Positions 30,480-40,994 of a stretch of DNA of 64,000 nucleotides are shown one piece after another. Numbering within the stretch: the stretch's first letter is position 1; the number at the start of each line of letters is the position of its first letter. The position numbers were made by a program, and so were the translations under genes. Location: NCBI GenBank assembly GCA_963753345.1, contig CAVWBU010000019.1, forward strand, positions 64,001 to 128,000. Direction: 5' to 3'. The notes beneath the pieces were generated by a model. That model saw nothing but the letters and a program-made list of their open reading frames with translations. It was not told the origin of the DNA and ran no database searches. The DNA is from an uncultured Fibrobacterota bacterium (GTDB lineage: Bacteria; Fibrobacterota; Chitinivibrionia; Chitinivibrionales; FEN-1185).

Positions 30480-31799
30480 TTAACTCTTTAATAGCAGCGG
30501 CTGGCCGGTCCTGTCAATCACATCCCTCCATAGAGGGCTTTCCGGATCGACCCTGTTCCGCTTTGAGACCGCGAGCCGTATGGGCAGGTGGACGAAGTTG
30601 TTATTGACAAGAGAGATGAGCACCTCGGTCTTGCCGGCCATTGCCGCGTGCACGGCGTTGGACCCCAGCCGCGCGCAGTAGATGGAATCGGTGGTGATGG
30701 CGGGCGCGCTGCGGATCATGTAGCTCGGGTCGATGTACTTGACGCTCACCTCCACGCTCTTCTCGTCGAAGAACGCCTCCACGCGTTGCTTGAGAAACCC
30801 GCCGATGTCACCGAGCTTCTTGTTGCCCGACGCGTCGTGGCCGCCGGTCTCGCCCACAAGGTTCTGGCCCGCTCCCTCGGCAACGAGGATCACGGCGTGA
30901 TGCCGCGACTCGAGGCGTCTCGTGAGGGATGCAAGCAGGCCTTTTTCGCCGTCGAGTTCGAACGGGACCTCGGGAATGAGCACAAAATTGACATCGCCGG
31001 AAGCGAGCGCGGTGTGCGCGGCAATGAACCCGGAGTCGCGGCCCATCACTTTCACGATGCCGATGCCGTTCATCACGTCGTGCGCCTCAACGTGCGCGCT
31101 CTCCACCGCCTCCACCGCGAGCGACACTGCGGTCTCGAACCCGAAGCTCCGCTGGCAGAACGCGAGGTCGTTGTCGATGGTCTTGGGTACGCCGATCACG
31201 CCGAGCCTGGTGCCGCGCTTTTTTGCTTCCTCCGAAATGGCAAGCGCGCCTTTCATCGTGCCGTCGCCGCCGATGGCAAAGAGCATGTTGATGTTCATCT
31301 GTTCAACGGCGTCGACCATGAGCGGGATCTTTTCGCCGCCGCCGCGCGAAGAGCCGAGCAGGGTGCCGCCCATGGCGTGAAATCCGACAATGATGTCGGG
31401 CGAGAGGTCGATGGCGGGCACGCCGAATTCGGGCAGCAGGCCGCGGTAGCCGTAGCGGATGCCGGTTATCCTGCGCACGCCGTAGCGGTGCCACAGGCTC
31501 ATCACAATGGAATAGATTACGTCGTTGAGGCCGGGACACAGCCCGCCGCAGGTCACGATTGCCGCATTGACTTTTGCGGGATCGAAGAAGATCTTCTCGC
31601 GGGGCCCGGCCATTTCGAGCAGATTCTGCTTTGCAAACATGCCGGACGAAGATTGCGCAGTTGCGTTGATGTCGTATAATATGAACTGGTCGTCGGTGGC
31701 GAAATTCGCTATGAGGTCGTCCGGTTTCTTCGACAGCCTGATGGGCGACGGTATGTGCGGGGTGCCGAGCATGGGAATGGAAAAGTCGTATTGTTCCAT
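30480..31799 (-). CDS. pfkA: 6-phosphofructokinase (ATP-dependent PfkA-family long type)
   Basis: TCGGLCPGLNDV, GGTLLGSSRG, IGGDGT, PKTIDND, MGRDSG, YIDPSYMIRS. Confidence 0.9.
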   Translation of the reverse strand: MEQYDFSIPMLGTPHIPSPIRLSKKPDDLIANFATDDQFILYDINATAQSSSGMFAKQNLLEMAGPREKIFFDPAKVNAAIVTCGGLCPGLNDVIYSIVMSLWHRYGVRRITGIRYGYRGLLPEFGVPAIDLSPDIIVGFHAMGGTLLGSSRGGGEKIPLMVDAVEQMNINMLFAIGGDGTMKGALAISEEAKKRGTRLGVIGVPKTIDNDLAFCQRSFGFETAVSLAVEAVESAHVEAHDVMNGIGIVKVMGRDSGFIAAHTALASGDVNFVLIPEVPFELDGEKGLLASLTRRLESRHHAVILVAEGAGQNLVGETGGHDASGNKKLGDIGGFLKQRVEAFFDEKSVEVSVKYIDPSYMIRSAPAITTDSIYCARLGSNAVHAAMAGKTEVLISLVNNNFVHLPIRLAVSKRNRVDPESPLWRDVIDRTGQPLLLKS

Positions 31800-31994
31800 A
31801 ATATTATCTCCTTGAAAACTCCAATGTCTAATTATACAATAAGTCGCTGAAATGTACGTGGAAAAACCGGTGACGGGAATTCCGGCGCACGGTGATCCGG
31901 GTCACGTTTGCGCGGAAAGAAACGCCGCAGCGGAACAAACAGTGTATTTTGCCGGTCCAATTATTCATTGCCGGCATCGGAAAGAAAGCCCATT

Positions 31995-33497
31995 ATGCGG
32001 AAAACTCATGCGTCCATTGTTCTTGCCGCCGCAATGGTTGGATCTCTCGTGACGAGCCCGGGCGCAGCCCCGGCATCGGGACTGAGCATCCAGAGCGGCC
32101 CGGCCATGAAAGTAAACAGGACCGGGCATTACTGCGCCACGCTTGCCGACGGCCGGGTAATTCTCTTTGGCGGGCACGGTACCGGGTTCGTGTCCCTCAG
32201 CTCTGCTGAGATTTTCGTTCCGGCCGCGGATTCCTTCACCTTGTACGCGATGAACTATACGCACGACAGGCCGGCATTTGCAAGGCTTCTTGACGGCAGA
32301 TACCTGCTTGCCGGTGGCGCCGCAGACCTTGGCGTGGCGCCGGGATACAAGACAGCGGATATTTTTGACCCAAGCAACAATTCGTTTACCGCGGTCGCTG
32401 CCCCGATGAACAACGGCAGAATGACAAGCTGCGCCGCAACCCTTAGCGACAGCACCGTGCTTATCGTCGGCGGCTGGTACGACAACACCAGTGCGACGTA
32501 TGGCGAGGTGTTCGATCCAAAGAACGGCACCTTCACCGCCACCGGTCAATTGAACGTTCCCCGGGCGTGGCCCCTGGCGGTGCCGACGAGCGACGGCAAA
32601 GCCGTTGTGTTCGGCGGCATCGGCATTTTCGGCGCTTCAATAAAGCAGCTTGTCGAACTTTACAATCCGGCAGACAAGAGTTTTGGTGTGCTTGATAGCA
32701 GCATATTCGGCCAGGACACGGGCTGGAACAGCGGTTCGCTGGAGTCCTACGACCGGTCCATGGCCCAGCAGAAACTCCGTGGCGGTGCATACCTGTTTTT
32801 CGCGGACAGCGGCAGCGCGTATCAGCTTTTTACGTTTGATCCGTCGTCAAAAGCGTTCGCAAAGGTCGGCGCGGCCATAACCGACACTACCGTGTCGCTC
32901 ACCCCACCCATCGTGGACACGCTGCGCAGCCGCGCGTACATCATCGGCGAAAAATGGTCTGCGGGCGGGGTTGATTCCGCGCCCATCCAGCTCTGCTGCT
33001 ACGTTGTCAACACGAGCACCTGGGCCGCCAAGGCCCCGACCGGCAGGGACACGCTCCCGTCGTCATATTTCATTTCCAGCCCCGGATTCAGCATGCTGAA
33101 TGACGGACGCATTCTCATGAGCGGAGGAAATTCCGAGACGGGGTACAACACAAACTTCTCGCCGATTGACTCAACAAGAATCCTTGTTCCGGATACCTCC
33201 GCGCCCACGGGAATCCGGTTCGGGCGGGTGTCGGTCCAGGGCGAAGGCTCAAAGCTTTACAGCGTGCGACCGGTGGCGGGCGGAATACGGTTTCATTCTT
33301 CCATTAGGGAAAACCTGACGATTTCCCTGACGTCAATTTCCGGAAGGACGGTTGCCGTGTTGTTCATCGGAATCGTTGAGCCGAGCATTTCCTACGATTT
33401 TCCGCTCGGAGACAAGCGCCTGGGAACGGGAGTGTACTACTGTTCCATGAAGAGCGCGACCAAGACAGTGTCGGTGAGGCTGGCGTTGACAAAGTAG
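31995..33497 (+). CDS. secreted Kelch/galactose-oxidase beta-propeller protein with T9SS-like C-terminal domain
   Basis: Signal peptide; repeated L.DGR.L..GG Kelch units; C-terminal SISGRTVAVL...LGTGVYYC. Confidence 0.8.
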   Translation: MRKTHASIVLAAAMVGSLVTSPGAAPASGLSIQSGPAMKVNRTGHYCATLADGRVILFGGHGTGFVSLSSAEIFVPAADSFTLYAMNYTHDRPAFARLLDGRYLLAGGAADLGVAPGYKTADIFDPSNNSFTAVAAPMNNGRMTSCAATLSDSTVLIVGGWYDNTSATYGEVFDPKNGTFTATGQLNVPRAWPLAVPTSDGKAVVFGGIGIFGASIKQLVELYNPADKSFGVLDSSIFGQDTGWNSGSLESYDRSMAQQKLRGGAYLFFADSGSAYQLFTFDPSSKAFAKVGAAITDTTVSLTPPIVDTLRSRAYIIGEKWSAGGVDSAPIQLCCYVVNTSTWAAKAPTGRDTLPSSYFISSPGFSMLNDGRILMSGGNSETGYNTNFSPIDSTRILVPDTSAPTGIRFGRVSVQGEGSKLYSVRPVAGGIRFHSSIRENLTISLTSISGRTVAVLFIGIVEPSISYDFPLGDKRLGTGVYYCSMKSATKTVSVRLALTK

Positions 33498-33520
33498 AAC
33501 CATCATTGGCGTGCTGATGG

Positions 33521-33558
33521 GCCTCCGGTGGACAAAGAAAGTTTGCCGGAGGCTTTTT
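33521..33558 (+). terminator. probable intrinsic terminator
   Basis: GCCTCCGG...CCGGAGGC stem followed by TTTTT, 24 bp after the Kelch gene stop. Confidence 0.6.
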
Positions 33559-33866
33559 CTTGTCCGGGCCCCCGACCCTTCGAAAGGCTCAGGGTGACAG
33601 GCAATCGTTTTTACTCCGGCAACTAAATATGATTAAACAAAACTTGTTTCCCAGAGCGAAAAGGATATGATGTTTATCTGTATTCTAATGCCGGAGTAAT
33701 AATATCAGGGGAATTTACAAAGAGGGCTTCTACCCTTCTGCCCCGCGCCAGGCAGCATCCCGCCTAACGAGCGCAAACAGTTATTATCATCAGTCAACTA
33801 CGTTCTCGCGCCAATGGGCATCCGCTGCAAATCAGACAAGATTCTATTGGGCAAAAATTATAGGGA

Positions 33867-33919
33867 TTCGCAGACGCGGCTGCTCCTGTAGGGTTGTATG
33901 CCTTAGTAGTCGTGGTGCT
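33867..33919 (-). repeat. repeat family E copy 2
   Basis: 45/53 identity to 20970-21022. Confidence 0.7.
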
Positions 33920-34169
33920 TCGCGAAGTTTATCCCGAGCTCTGACGAGGGGCTCGCAATGACACTTTGTTTTATCTTGCTGTCAACCGTCAACTTTCAAC
34001 TCTTCTTCTCGGTGCCTCCGCAGCCGAGGCGTCTTGCTTGCAGATGAACTGCCTGGGGGGCCACCCACGAGGGGGACACTTCCCCCGCCTGAGTATTTGC
34101 GCCTTGAAGTAAGCAGCTAGAAATCCGCCACCGGCCTCATAGTTTTTGGGTTATATTTGTGGTTATCCC

Positions 34170-35237
34170 ATGAAACCAAAAAGACTTGTCTTTATCCTAT
34201 TAATCGTCTCGCTGGCCGCCGGCCAGGTCCCGGTGTCGGGACTCTCCGCCTATTACCCTTTTAACGGCACCGCAAACGATTCCACCGGCAACGCCCTCAA
34301 CGACGGCAAGCTTTTTTCGGCAACCGCAACGCCGTATGTTCCGGGACGATGGGGCCAGGGCCTTGCCTGCAATTTCGCCGACAACATCGCGGGCGCCTGC
34401 GGCTATGTTGTGGTCCCCAACAAGTCGGCGTGGAATTTGCCGCGCGACACCGCCGCCATAAGCCTCTGGTACGATGCAGGCGCATGCGTCAAGACAACCT
34501 CGGCTCCGCAGTGCATTCTCGACTGTCACGGCCACTCGAACACGGGCATGCGCCGCGAGGTGATGCTATATCTTGCCGCCGTGCCGGACACGGGCGGGAT
34601 CTATCGCGCCGCGCTGTCGGCACAGGCCATTGTAAGCAACGACGTCGACACCCAGTTTGTCGCGCTTGCCTGCACGCTGTCGTATGCGGGCTGGCACAAT
34701 GCGACCATTACCTGGGTAAAGCCCGTGTTCTCGTTTTACGTTGACGGTGTGAGGGCCGGAACGGTAACGCCGGGTCTGAGCGGAGCAAAGCTGTCGACGA
34801 ACAACAAGACAACGTATTTCGGGACCGACATCTGGACCGCCTCGCAATGTTTCTGCGGCCTGCTCGACGACGTGCGGCTGTACAACCGCGAAGTTTCCGA
34901 TTCGGAAATCGTTCTTCTCGCGGCGGAGGGCACACCGGTGGTGGCACGGGCGCGTCCACGTGTAGCCACGGGTTTTTCGGTGACCGTCCGGAAGCTCGCG
35001 GCGTCTCGGGCGTACCGGATTGAAGCTTCGTTCCCGGCCGCATGCGTCGAAATCTACGATATCAACGGCCGTTGCCTCCGGCGCCTCGTGCCGCGGGACC
35101 GGGGCGCTGCCGTCTTCATCTGGGATGGCGCTTTACAGAATGGAACAGCCGCCGCCGAGGGCATGTATTTTGTGAAGGCGTCCGCCCCGCACGTCGGGAC
35201 GCGCACCGCCGCGTTTGTTTGCGCCCGTTGCCGCTGA
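34170..35237 (+). CDS. secreted LamG-like jellyroll protein with FlgD/T9SS-like C-terminal domain
   Basis: Signal peptide; AYYPFNGTANDSTGN, WH, YVDG, GLLDDVRLYNR; EIYDINGRCLR..WDG..GMYFV. Confidence 0.8.
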   Translation: MKPKRLVFILLIVSLAAGQVPVSGLSAYYPFNGTANDSTGNALNDGKLFSATATPYVPGRWGQGLACNFADNIAGACGYVVVPNKSAWNLPRDTAAISLWYDAGACVKTTSAPQCILDCHGHSNTGMRREVMLYLAAVPDTGGIYRAALSAQAIVSNDVDTQFVALACTLSYAGWHNATITWVKPVFSFYVDGVRAGTVTPGLSGAKLSTNNKTTYFGTDIWTASQCFCGLLDDVRLYNREVSDSEIVLLAAEGTPVVARARPRVATGFSVTVRKLAASRAYRIEASFPAACVEIYDINGRCLRRLVPRDRGAAVFIWDGALQNGTAAAEGMYFVKASAPHVGTRTAAFVCARCR

Positions 35238-35335
35238 TGTTCCGTCCCTGAACGTGGAGGGCACGCGCCGCGACCCTCCGCGTGAAAAGAGCGGAGCTTC
35301 TCCTGCGTCCTATCGGCGACCTGTCCTACAAAATC

Positions 35336-35785
35336 CTACGAACCCATTTCTTTCACGGTAATAACTGATCCATCGATCGTTGCCGCGAACTGGGCCAAAT
35401 CCCTGGTGGCCGGACCATGCGTCACTTTCCCGGCCGCGTCGAATTTCGAGTGGTGACAGTGGCACTCGATAACGTTATTTGCCGGAAGCGGGACTTCGCA
35501 TCCGAAATGCGTGCATTTCGACGAAAAGGCCGCGACGCTCGTTTCGGACAACCTGCTCACGATGATGGGCTTCTTCTTGTCTTTGGGATCGGGGATCTTT
35601 ACCGCTCCGCCGGCCTGTGCGAGCGCGGCGTATTCCGGCTTGGTAACATCAAGCATGATCGGCGCCATGGGCGCCTTCTTGGCCTCCGCCTCGAACCCGA
35701 GAACCGGAGAAACAATCGCCGCTGCAATCGCTGTCTTCCCGACATCCGCGAGAAACTCACGTCTAGTCACCTTGTCGCTTTCCAT
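35336..35785 (-). CDS. Tat-exported Rieske [2Fe-2S] protein
   Basis: TRREFL twin-arginine signal, CTHFGC, CHCHHSKFD. Confidence 0.88.
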   Translation of the reverse strand: MESDKVTRREFLADVGKTAIAAAIVSPVLGFEAEAKKAPMAPIMLDVTKPEYAALAQAGGAVKIPDPKDKKKPIIVSRLSETSVAAFSSKCTHFGCEVPLPANNVIECHCHHSKFDAAGKVTHGPATRDLAQFAATIDGSVITVKEMGS

Positions 35786-36064
35786 GGGACCTCCTTTTGG
35801 TTGCAGGTAAAATACATCAATAGGCATGCCAGGTTTGCGGCGGGCGAAGCGTTGATGCTCATGACAGCGGCATCGGACAAAAGGATGTCTGCTTTGTCTT
35901 GCCCAATTCCCTCATTCTCACAAATATTCTCAAAACCGAAAATGTTCAACGGCAATTCCACGATATTCCATTATGTTGCCCCTTGCCGGGGTTTGGTATC
36001 GCTTTGGAATGACACTTGCTATCTATCCTGAGTTAGCATGACCAAACACACAAAGGAGGATCGC

Positions 36065-36673
36065 ATGTGGAAACGCGGCATAGCGGGTAGTATCGGCGTC
36101 GCGGCAATGGTGGGAGTGTTGTCCGTATTCGCGAGTGTCAATGCCCAGAACAATTACCTGGGCGAAATAAAAATGTTTGCAGGCACCTTTGCTCCCGTTG
36201 GCTGGGCTTTGTGCAACGGCCAGCTCCTGCCGATAAGCCAGAATACGGCGTTGTTTAACCTGCTCGGCACTACCTATGGCGGCAACGGCACGACCACCTT
36301 CGCGCTGCCGGACCTTCGCGGGAGGTTCCCTATGCATTTTGGAACCGGAACCAATCTCACTCAAAGAAATCTTGGTGACGTGGGTGGCGCGGAAACGGTA
36401 ACGCTTACGGAGGCGCAGATGCCCGCTCATACCCACACCGCTGCCGTCGGTGTCGATTCCACGGTGGCCTCCACGGACAGCCCGCAAAGGGCGCTGCCGG
36501 CGCGCAATGCCTCCGCGACTCCGGCCTACGGAAAGTCAAGCAACGCGACCATGGCATCCACGGCCGTCGTGGTGGGCACTGCGGGCGGCGGTCAGCCGCA
36601 CCCGAACATGCCGCCGTTTGAATGCGTCAACTTCATCATCGCGCTCACGGGTATTTATCCGTCCCAGAACTAG
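36065..36673 (+). CDS. phage tail collar domain (microcystin-dependent protein-like) with N-terminal signal peptide
   Basis: YLGEIKMFAGTFAPVGWALCNGQLL...LLGTTYGGNGTTTFALPDLRGR, PHPNMPPF..NFIIALTGIYPS; hydrophobic leader ending VNA. Confidence 0.88.
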   Translation: MWKRGIAGSIGVAAMVGVLSVFASVNAQNNYLGEIKMFAGTFAPVGWALCNGQLLPISQNTALFNLLGTTYGGNGTTTFALPDLRGRFPMHFGTGTNLTQRNLGDVGGAETVTLTEAQMPAHTHTAAVGVDSTVASTDSPQRALPARNASATPAYGKSSNATMASTAVVVGTAGGGQPHPNMPPFECVNFIIALTGIYPSQN

Positions 36674-36721
36674 AAACGGGGCAAGCGGCAGGGCTGCCGC
36701 GCACACCGAAAGGAGCCCGCA

Positions 36722-37900
36722 ATGACCAGAGGGAATAGAATGCTGTGTCGTGTAGTGCTGATGCTGGGAGCAATGGTTGCGCTTGTCGCTGAGGCGTCCG
36801 CCTCCACGCTGTACTGGATAGAAGCATCCTTCGCCTCGCCAAGGCTCGTGATGGCTGACGCCTCGGGCACAGGGCAGAACACGCTTGCGCTCGCTCCGCA
36901 ATCCCTGCCCCAGGCGGTGGCGGTGAGTACGAGCCTCGGGAGAGTGTTTGTCACCGAACTTGCATTCCTCAACGCGCATGTCAAGTACATCCAGACCGGC
37001 TTTGCCGATTCGGGCGCACTCATATCTCTTCAATCGTGCCTGCGCGGGATTGCGGTTGACTCCACCAACAGGAAGCTCTACTGGACAAGCACCAATCTTG
37101 TTGCCGGCCCGGCCGTCTACCGGGCGAATCTTGACGGATCGTCGGCCGAGGTGCTTCAGACCTTCGGTGCGGGCGCCGCACACGCACCGTTCGGCATTGC
37201 AGTAATCGAATCGTCCCAGACCATGTACTGGGCCGATTTTGATGCCGGCGCAATTGTTCGTGCGCAAACCACCGTCTCGGCGGTGCCACAAACGGTTGTC
37301 GCCGGACTTTCCGGGCCCGTGGGCGTAGCGATTGCCCCGGACAGCGGAGCGCTGTTCTGGACGGATGCGAATACGGGTGCCATCGGAAGGGCCGGGCTCG
37401 ACGGGTCGGGTGCAAGAACCATTGTTTCTGGCCTTGCCAATCCGCAGTATCTGGCGGTCGATCGCGCTTCGGGCCGCATCTACTGGACGGAGTTCGGCGC
37501 TTTGCTGGTGCGCTCGGCCAGGCTTGACGGATCGGACACCGTTACGGTCGCGGCCACCGCGTATCCCCCGGTGGGCATTGCCGTGGTGAGCGGGCTTGCA
37601 GTGGCGGTGCGACCGGCCGCGCCGCTCGGAGTTCCCCGAACATATGCCATGGCTGCATCAACCTTGGCATCTCCGGTCCGTTCGATCCGTGTCCGTTACC
37701 AACTTCCGTTCGCAAGCCGTGTCAACCTGTCCGTTTCGGATCTGCGCGGTCGCCGCGTTGCCGGGCTGCCCGCCGCAGACAACAGTGCGGGTTCGTATGT
37801 TCGCGACATCAATACCGCCATGCTTGCAGCAGGCGTTTACTTCGTGCGGTTCACAGCCGGAACATTTGTGAGCACTGCGATGTGCACAATCGTGAAATAA
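36722..37900 (+). CDS. secreted YWTD (LDL-receptor class B) beta-propeller protein with T9SS-like C-terminal domain
   Basis: Signal peptide; LYWI/LYWT/MYWAD/LFWTD/IYWTE units with RA.LDGS; C-terminal VSDLRGRRVA...LAAGVYFVR. Confidence 0.8.
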   Translation: MTRGNRMLCRVVLMLGAMVALVAEASASTLYWIEASFASPRLVMADASGTGQNTLALAPQSLPQAVAVSTSLGRVFVTELAFLNAHVKYIQTGFADSGALISLQSCLRGIAVDSTNRKLYWTSTNLVAGPAVYRANLDGSSAEVLQTFGAGAAHAPFGIAVIESSQTMYWADFDAGAIVRAQTTVSAVPQTVVAGLSGPVGVAIAPDSGALFWTDANTGAIGRAGLDGSGARTIVSGLANPQYLAVDRASGRIYWTEFGALLVRSARLDGSDTVTVAATAYPPVGIAVVSGLAVAVRPAAPLGVPRTYAMAASTLASPVRSIRVRYQLPFASRVNLSVSDLRGRRVAGLPAADNSAGSYVRDINTAMLAAGVYFVRFTAGTFVSTAMCTIVK

Positions 37901-38100
37901 CAAGCAAGGTACTTCTCTGAAAAGCGGCTGCTGTGTTTCCTGTGTCGAGGGAACGCACGGCCCTTTTTTCATGAGCCGTGGCTCCTCAAAAGTTTCAAAG
38001 GCGGGATGTATTTTTTGAACCGAGGAGGACGGCGCGCCATGCATTGCTGCAAACGTTCTGATCGTGTCACTGTTTTCATTCGGAAATCTGGTGATTTGCT

Positions 38101-39138
38101 ATGAGCACGCGTGCATGGGACACGCGGCCAAGAAAAATCTGCATTGTCCAGCTCGGCCGCATTGGAGATATGATCCTGATATCGCCGCTGTTCTCGGCGC
38201 TCAAGGCGGCAAACCCGCGCCACGAGCTGCACCTGCTTGCAGGACGGAACAACTACATGGTTGCACAAGGCAATCCGTGCATCGACCGCATGCACGTGTA
38301 CACCAAGCGGCCGTTGAGCACGCTGCGACTCCTGTCCCGGTTGCTCACCACCAGATTCGACGTGTGGCTCGATCCCAAGGAGCACAAGTCAAGCGAAAGC
38401 TCGATGTTCTGCCGCCTTGCGCGCGCGAAAATGAAAATCGGATTCAAGGGTGATAAGGTCTTTACCCATTCGGCATGCGAACAGGGAAAGGGCGGGGAGC
38501 ATTATACGCTCCGCAGCCTGCGCAACCTTCGGTATCTCGGCATTGGAAACGCCTCGCCGAGGCCGTCGGTTCCGCCGAAGCCGGCGGAAGATGCTGCGTT
38601 TGCTGCGTTTCGTCAGCGTCAGGGCATTCACCGTTATGTGGCGGTGAACATATCCGCCTCCCAATCTGTGCGGTACTGGACAGACGACAAATGGGCTGAG
38701 CTTCTTTGCGCGCTCCCTCCGGACTGCGGCCCTACGGTGTTTCTGTCGAGCCCCGCCGACAGCGCCGTTGCGGAGGCGATGTCGCGCAGAGTGCCCGGCA
38801 GCCAGGTGTTCGGAACGCGGTCCGTTCTCGGGACCTTCCCTGTTGTCAAGAACGCCGCCGCTGTGCTCAGCGTGGACACGTGCATCGTGCACGTCGCGGC
38901 CGCGTTCAACGTGCCCGTGGTCGCCCTGTTTATCAACCAGCCTGAATTCTATGTCCAGTATCTGCCCCTGTCCGACGTGTACCGCGCCGTTTTATCGCCC
39001 GAACCGGGAGGCTGGGTAAATACGATCCCCCTTGTTGACGTAAGGGAAGCAGTGCATTCCCTGCTTGCGGAGATGGGCGTCCCCGGCGTGGAAGCTGGTG
39101 GGCGGCTCCCGCCGTCGGTCCTCAGAAACATGCAATAA
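38101..39138 (+). CDS. glycosyltransferase family 9 (heptosyltransferase-like)
   Basis: RIGDMIL..P, SVDTCIVHVAAAFNVPVVALF. Confidence 0.88.
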   Translation: MSTRAWDTRPRKICIVQLGRIGDMILISPLFSALKAANPRHELHLLAGRNNYMVAQGNPCIDRMHVYTKRPLSTLRLLSRLLTTRFDVWLDPKEHKSSESSMFCRLARAKMKIGFKGDKVFTHSACEQGKGGEHYTLRSLRNLRYLGIGNASPRPSVPPKPAEDAAFAAFRQRQGIHRYVAVNISASQSVRYWTDDKWAELLCALPPDCGPTVFLSSPADSAVAEAMSRRVPGSQVFGTRSVLGTFPVVKNAAAVLSVDTCIVHVAAAFNVPVVALFINQPEFYVQYLPLSDVYRAVLSPEPGGWVNTIPLVDVREAVHSLLAEMGVPGVEAGGRLPPSVLRNMQ

Positions 39139-39172
39139 TCCTTCAGCCTTTTCCGTCTTCAACGGTGCAGCC

Positions 39173-39721
39173 ATGGAAACGCTCAACAACAGGATTGCCG
39201 CTTTCATACGGGAGGAGCGTTCCGCGCTGGTGGGCTACGTGCGCGCACTCATCGGCGATGCGGCAGACCGGGACGGAGAAGACATCGTGCAGGACGTGAT
39301 GACGGGCATTCTTGAGCAGGCCGACCCGCTCCTGCCGCTGCGCAGTGTGTCGGCCTATGTGTATCAGTCGATCCGCAACAGGGTTGTCGACGCTTTCAGG
39401 AGCAGAAGGAAAACCATACCTCTTGACGGAGGAGACGGCGAAGACGTGGAACTGTCGCTTTCCGAAACGCTGCATGATGCGCGGTTCGACACCGGAGCAG
39501 AAGTCGCCAACGGTGAATTGCGGGAGCTGCTGGTCGCGGCCATGGACCGGTTGAGCGAAGGGGAACGTGAAATCGTGATCGCCACCGAGCTCGAAGGCTT
39601 TACGTTCAGGGAATTGTCGGAACTGTGGGAGGTGCCCCTGGGGACGCTTCTTGCCCAGAAGTCACGGGCGCTGGCAAAACTCAAGGAATCTATTCGGCTG
39701 CAGGAATACAGAAACCAATAA
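39173..39721 (+). CDS. ECF sigma-70 factor
   Basis: EDIVQDV, RNRVVD, region 4 EGFTFRELSELWEVPLGTLLAQKSRA. Confidence 0.88.
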   Translation: METLNNRIAAFIREERSALVGYVRALIGDAADRDGEDIVQDVMTGILEQADPLLPLRSVSAYVYQSIRNRVVDAFRSRRKTIPLDGGDGEDVELSLSETLHDARFDTGAEVANGELRELLVAAMDRLSEGEREIVIATELEGFTFRELSELWEVPLGTLLAQKSRALAKLKESIRLQEYRNQ

Positions 39722-39736
39722 ACAGGGGAGGAATCC

Positions 39737-40171
39737 ATGGAAAACAGTTTTGAACACGGCTATCCGCATTTCCCGCCGCACAGGATGTGGGGGCCGGCGC
39801 GGATCGTCGGGCTAGTCATCGCAGGCGTTGTCGCGGCCGTCCTGTTCGCGCTTCTGTTCGGATGGCTTGTCTTTCTTTTGTGGAACTGGCTCATGCCCGT
39901 GCTGTTCGGGCTCAAGGCGGTCACCTACTGGCAGGCGTTCGGCATCGTATTGCTTGCCAAGCTGCTGTTCGGTGGCGTCGGCTCAGGCCGCGGATGGCAT
40001 CATGGAAAGCCGCGCTGGATGCGCCGCCGGGATTATGCAGGGAACAACGACTGGCGCGTTCATGGGTCGTACAGGGACTGGCGGTACTTCGACGAATACT
40101 GGAAGGACGAAGGAAAGGCCGCGTTCGAAGCATATATCGGCCGGATGCAGCAGAAAAAAGAAGGTGAGTAG
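39737..40171 (+). CDS. membrane protein downstream of the ECF sigma factor
   Basis: LWNWLMP.LFGL..TYWQA.G..LL.KLLFGG pattern; GGAGG RBS. Confidence 0.75.
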   Translation: MENSFEHGYPHFPPHRMWGPARIVGLVIAGVVAAVLFALLFGWLVFLLWNWLMPVLFGLKAVTYWQAFGIVLLAKLLFGGVGSGRGWHHGKPRWMRRRDYAGNNDWRVHGSYRDWRYFDEYWKDEGKAAFEAYIGRMQQKKEGE

Positions 40172-40223
40172 TAAAGTGTTTTGGTGGGGGAAGTACAGTC
40201 TGTCTTAAAAGTCAAGGCAAGAC

Positions 40224-40660
40224 TTGGGCGCCCCGCCGCTTTGCGGCGGCGGCCGTCCTTCCGGTCCACCGCTTCGGGTGCTTCCAAGGGTCGTCGGCCT
40301 TGGGCCTCGGGCTGCCTGCCACGAGGGCCCTGCGGGCCGTGGTCAGGGCGCATCCCGCTGTCGCGGGACCATCTTTCCAGTCCTGCCTGGCGCTTGGCAG
40401 CGGGAATACTGCACAATCCACACGCTTGACAAATTGGCAACTTCTTGTTCTGTTTTTTAAGAATTCAACATGGCGCAAGTATTTCTGCTTGACAGAACAT
40501 ATTTCTGTTGCCGCGCGTTAGGTGGACCGCAGGGCGCGCTAGAGCGCGTTGCCGGCCGACCCGGCCGCTAGGCATAGGGCGGACCGGCAACGAGGCGAAC
40601 AGCCGAGCCCGGAGGGAGACCGACCCGACCCCGAGCGAAGTGAGGGGGAGGGGAACGCCA
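40224..40660. repeat. two oppositely oriented family A copies (40224-40398 minus, 40510-40660 plus) at the 3' end of hgcB
   Basis: Shared blocks with the 21609, 15989 and 28324 copies. Confidence 0.8.
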
Positions 40661-40688
40661 AAATCTTTTAGTTAATATATTAATTTGC

Positions 40689-40994
40689 TTAGCAGCAGCT
40701 CCCAGAATCACCGCCGCAATCGCAGGTGCCTTTATCAGGGTCGCCCTTGGTCACAAGGCCGTTGATCATGGCGACCGCGCAACCGACCCCATTTTTTACA
40801 GACAGCGCGCCAAAGGAGCAGTTCTGAGAGCAAGCGCCGCATTCCATGCAGTTGTCAAGCGCCACGATTTGAGCACGATGATCGTGAATTTCAAAAACGC
40901 CGTGAGGACAGACTTCCACACAACGTCCGCAACCGGTGCAGTTCTCTACGGTAAGTTTCAAGGTCGATACGCCTGCTATATACGAATATTTCAT
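40689..40994 (-). CDS. hgcB: mercury methylation ferredoxin HgcB
   Basis: Two CxxCxxCxxxC motifs incl. CMECGAC, GVGCA, C-terminal CC; ATGA overlap with the hgcA stop. Confidence 0.95.
   Translation of the reverse strand: MKYSYIAGVSTLKLTVENCTGCGRCVEVCPHGVFEIHDHRAQIVALDNCMECGACSQNCSFGALSVKNGVGCAVAMINGLVTKGDPDKGTCDCGGDSGSCC

Noticed and set aside
36065-36673. Prophage or tailocin
   Set aside because: Isolated tail-collar domain; no other phage structural, lysis or integration genes nearby.
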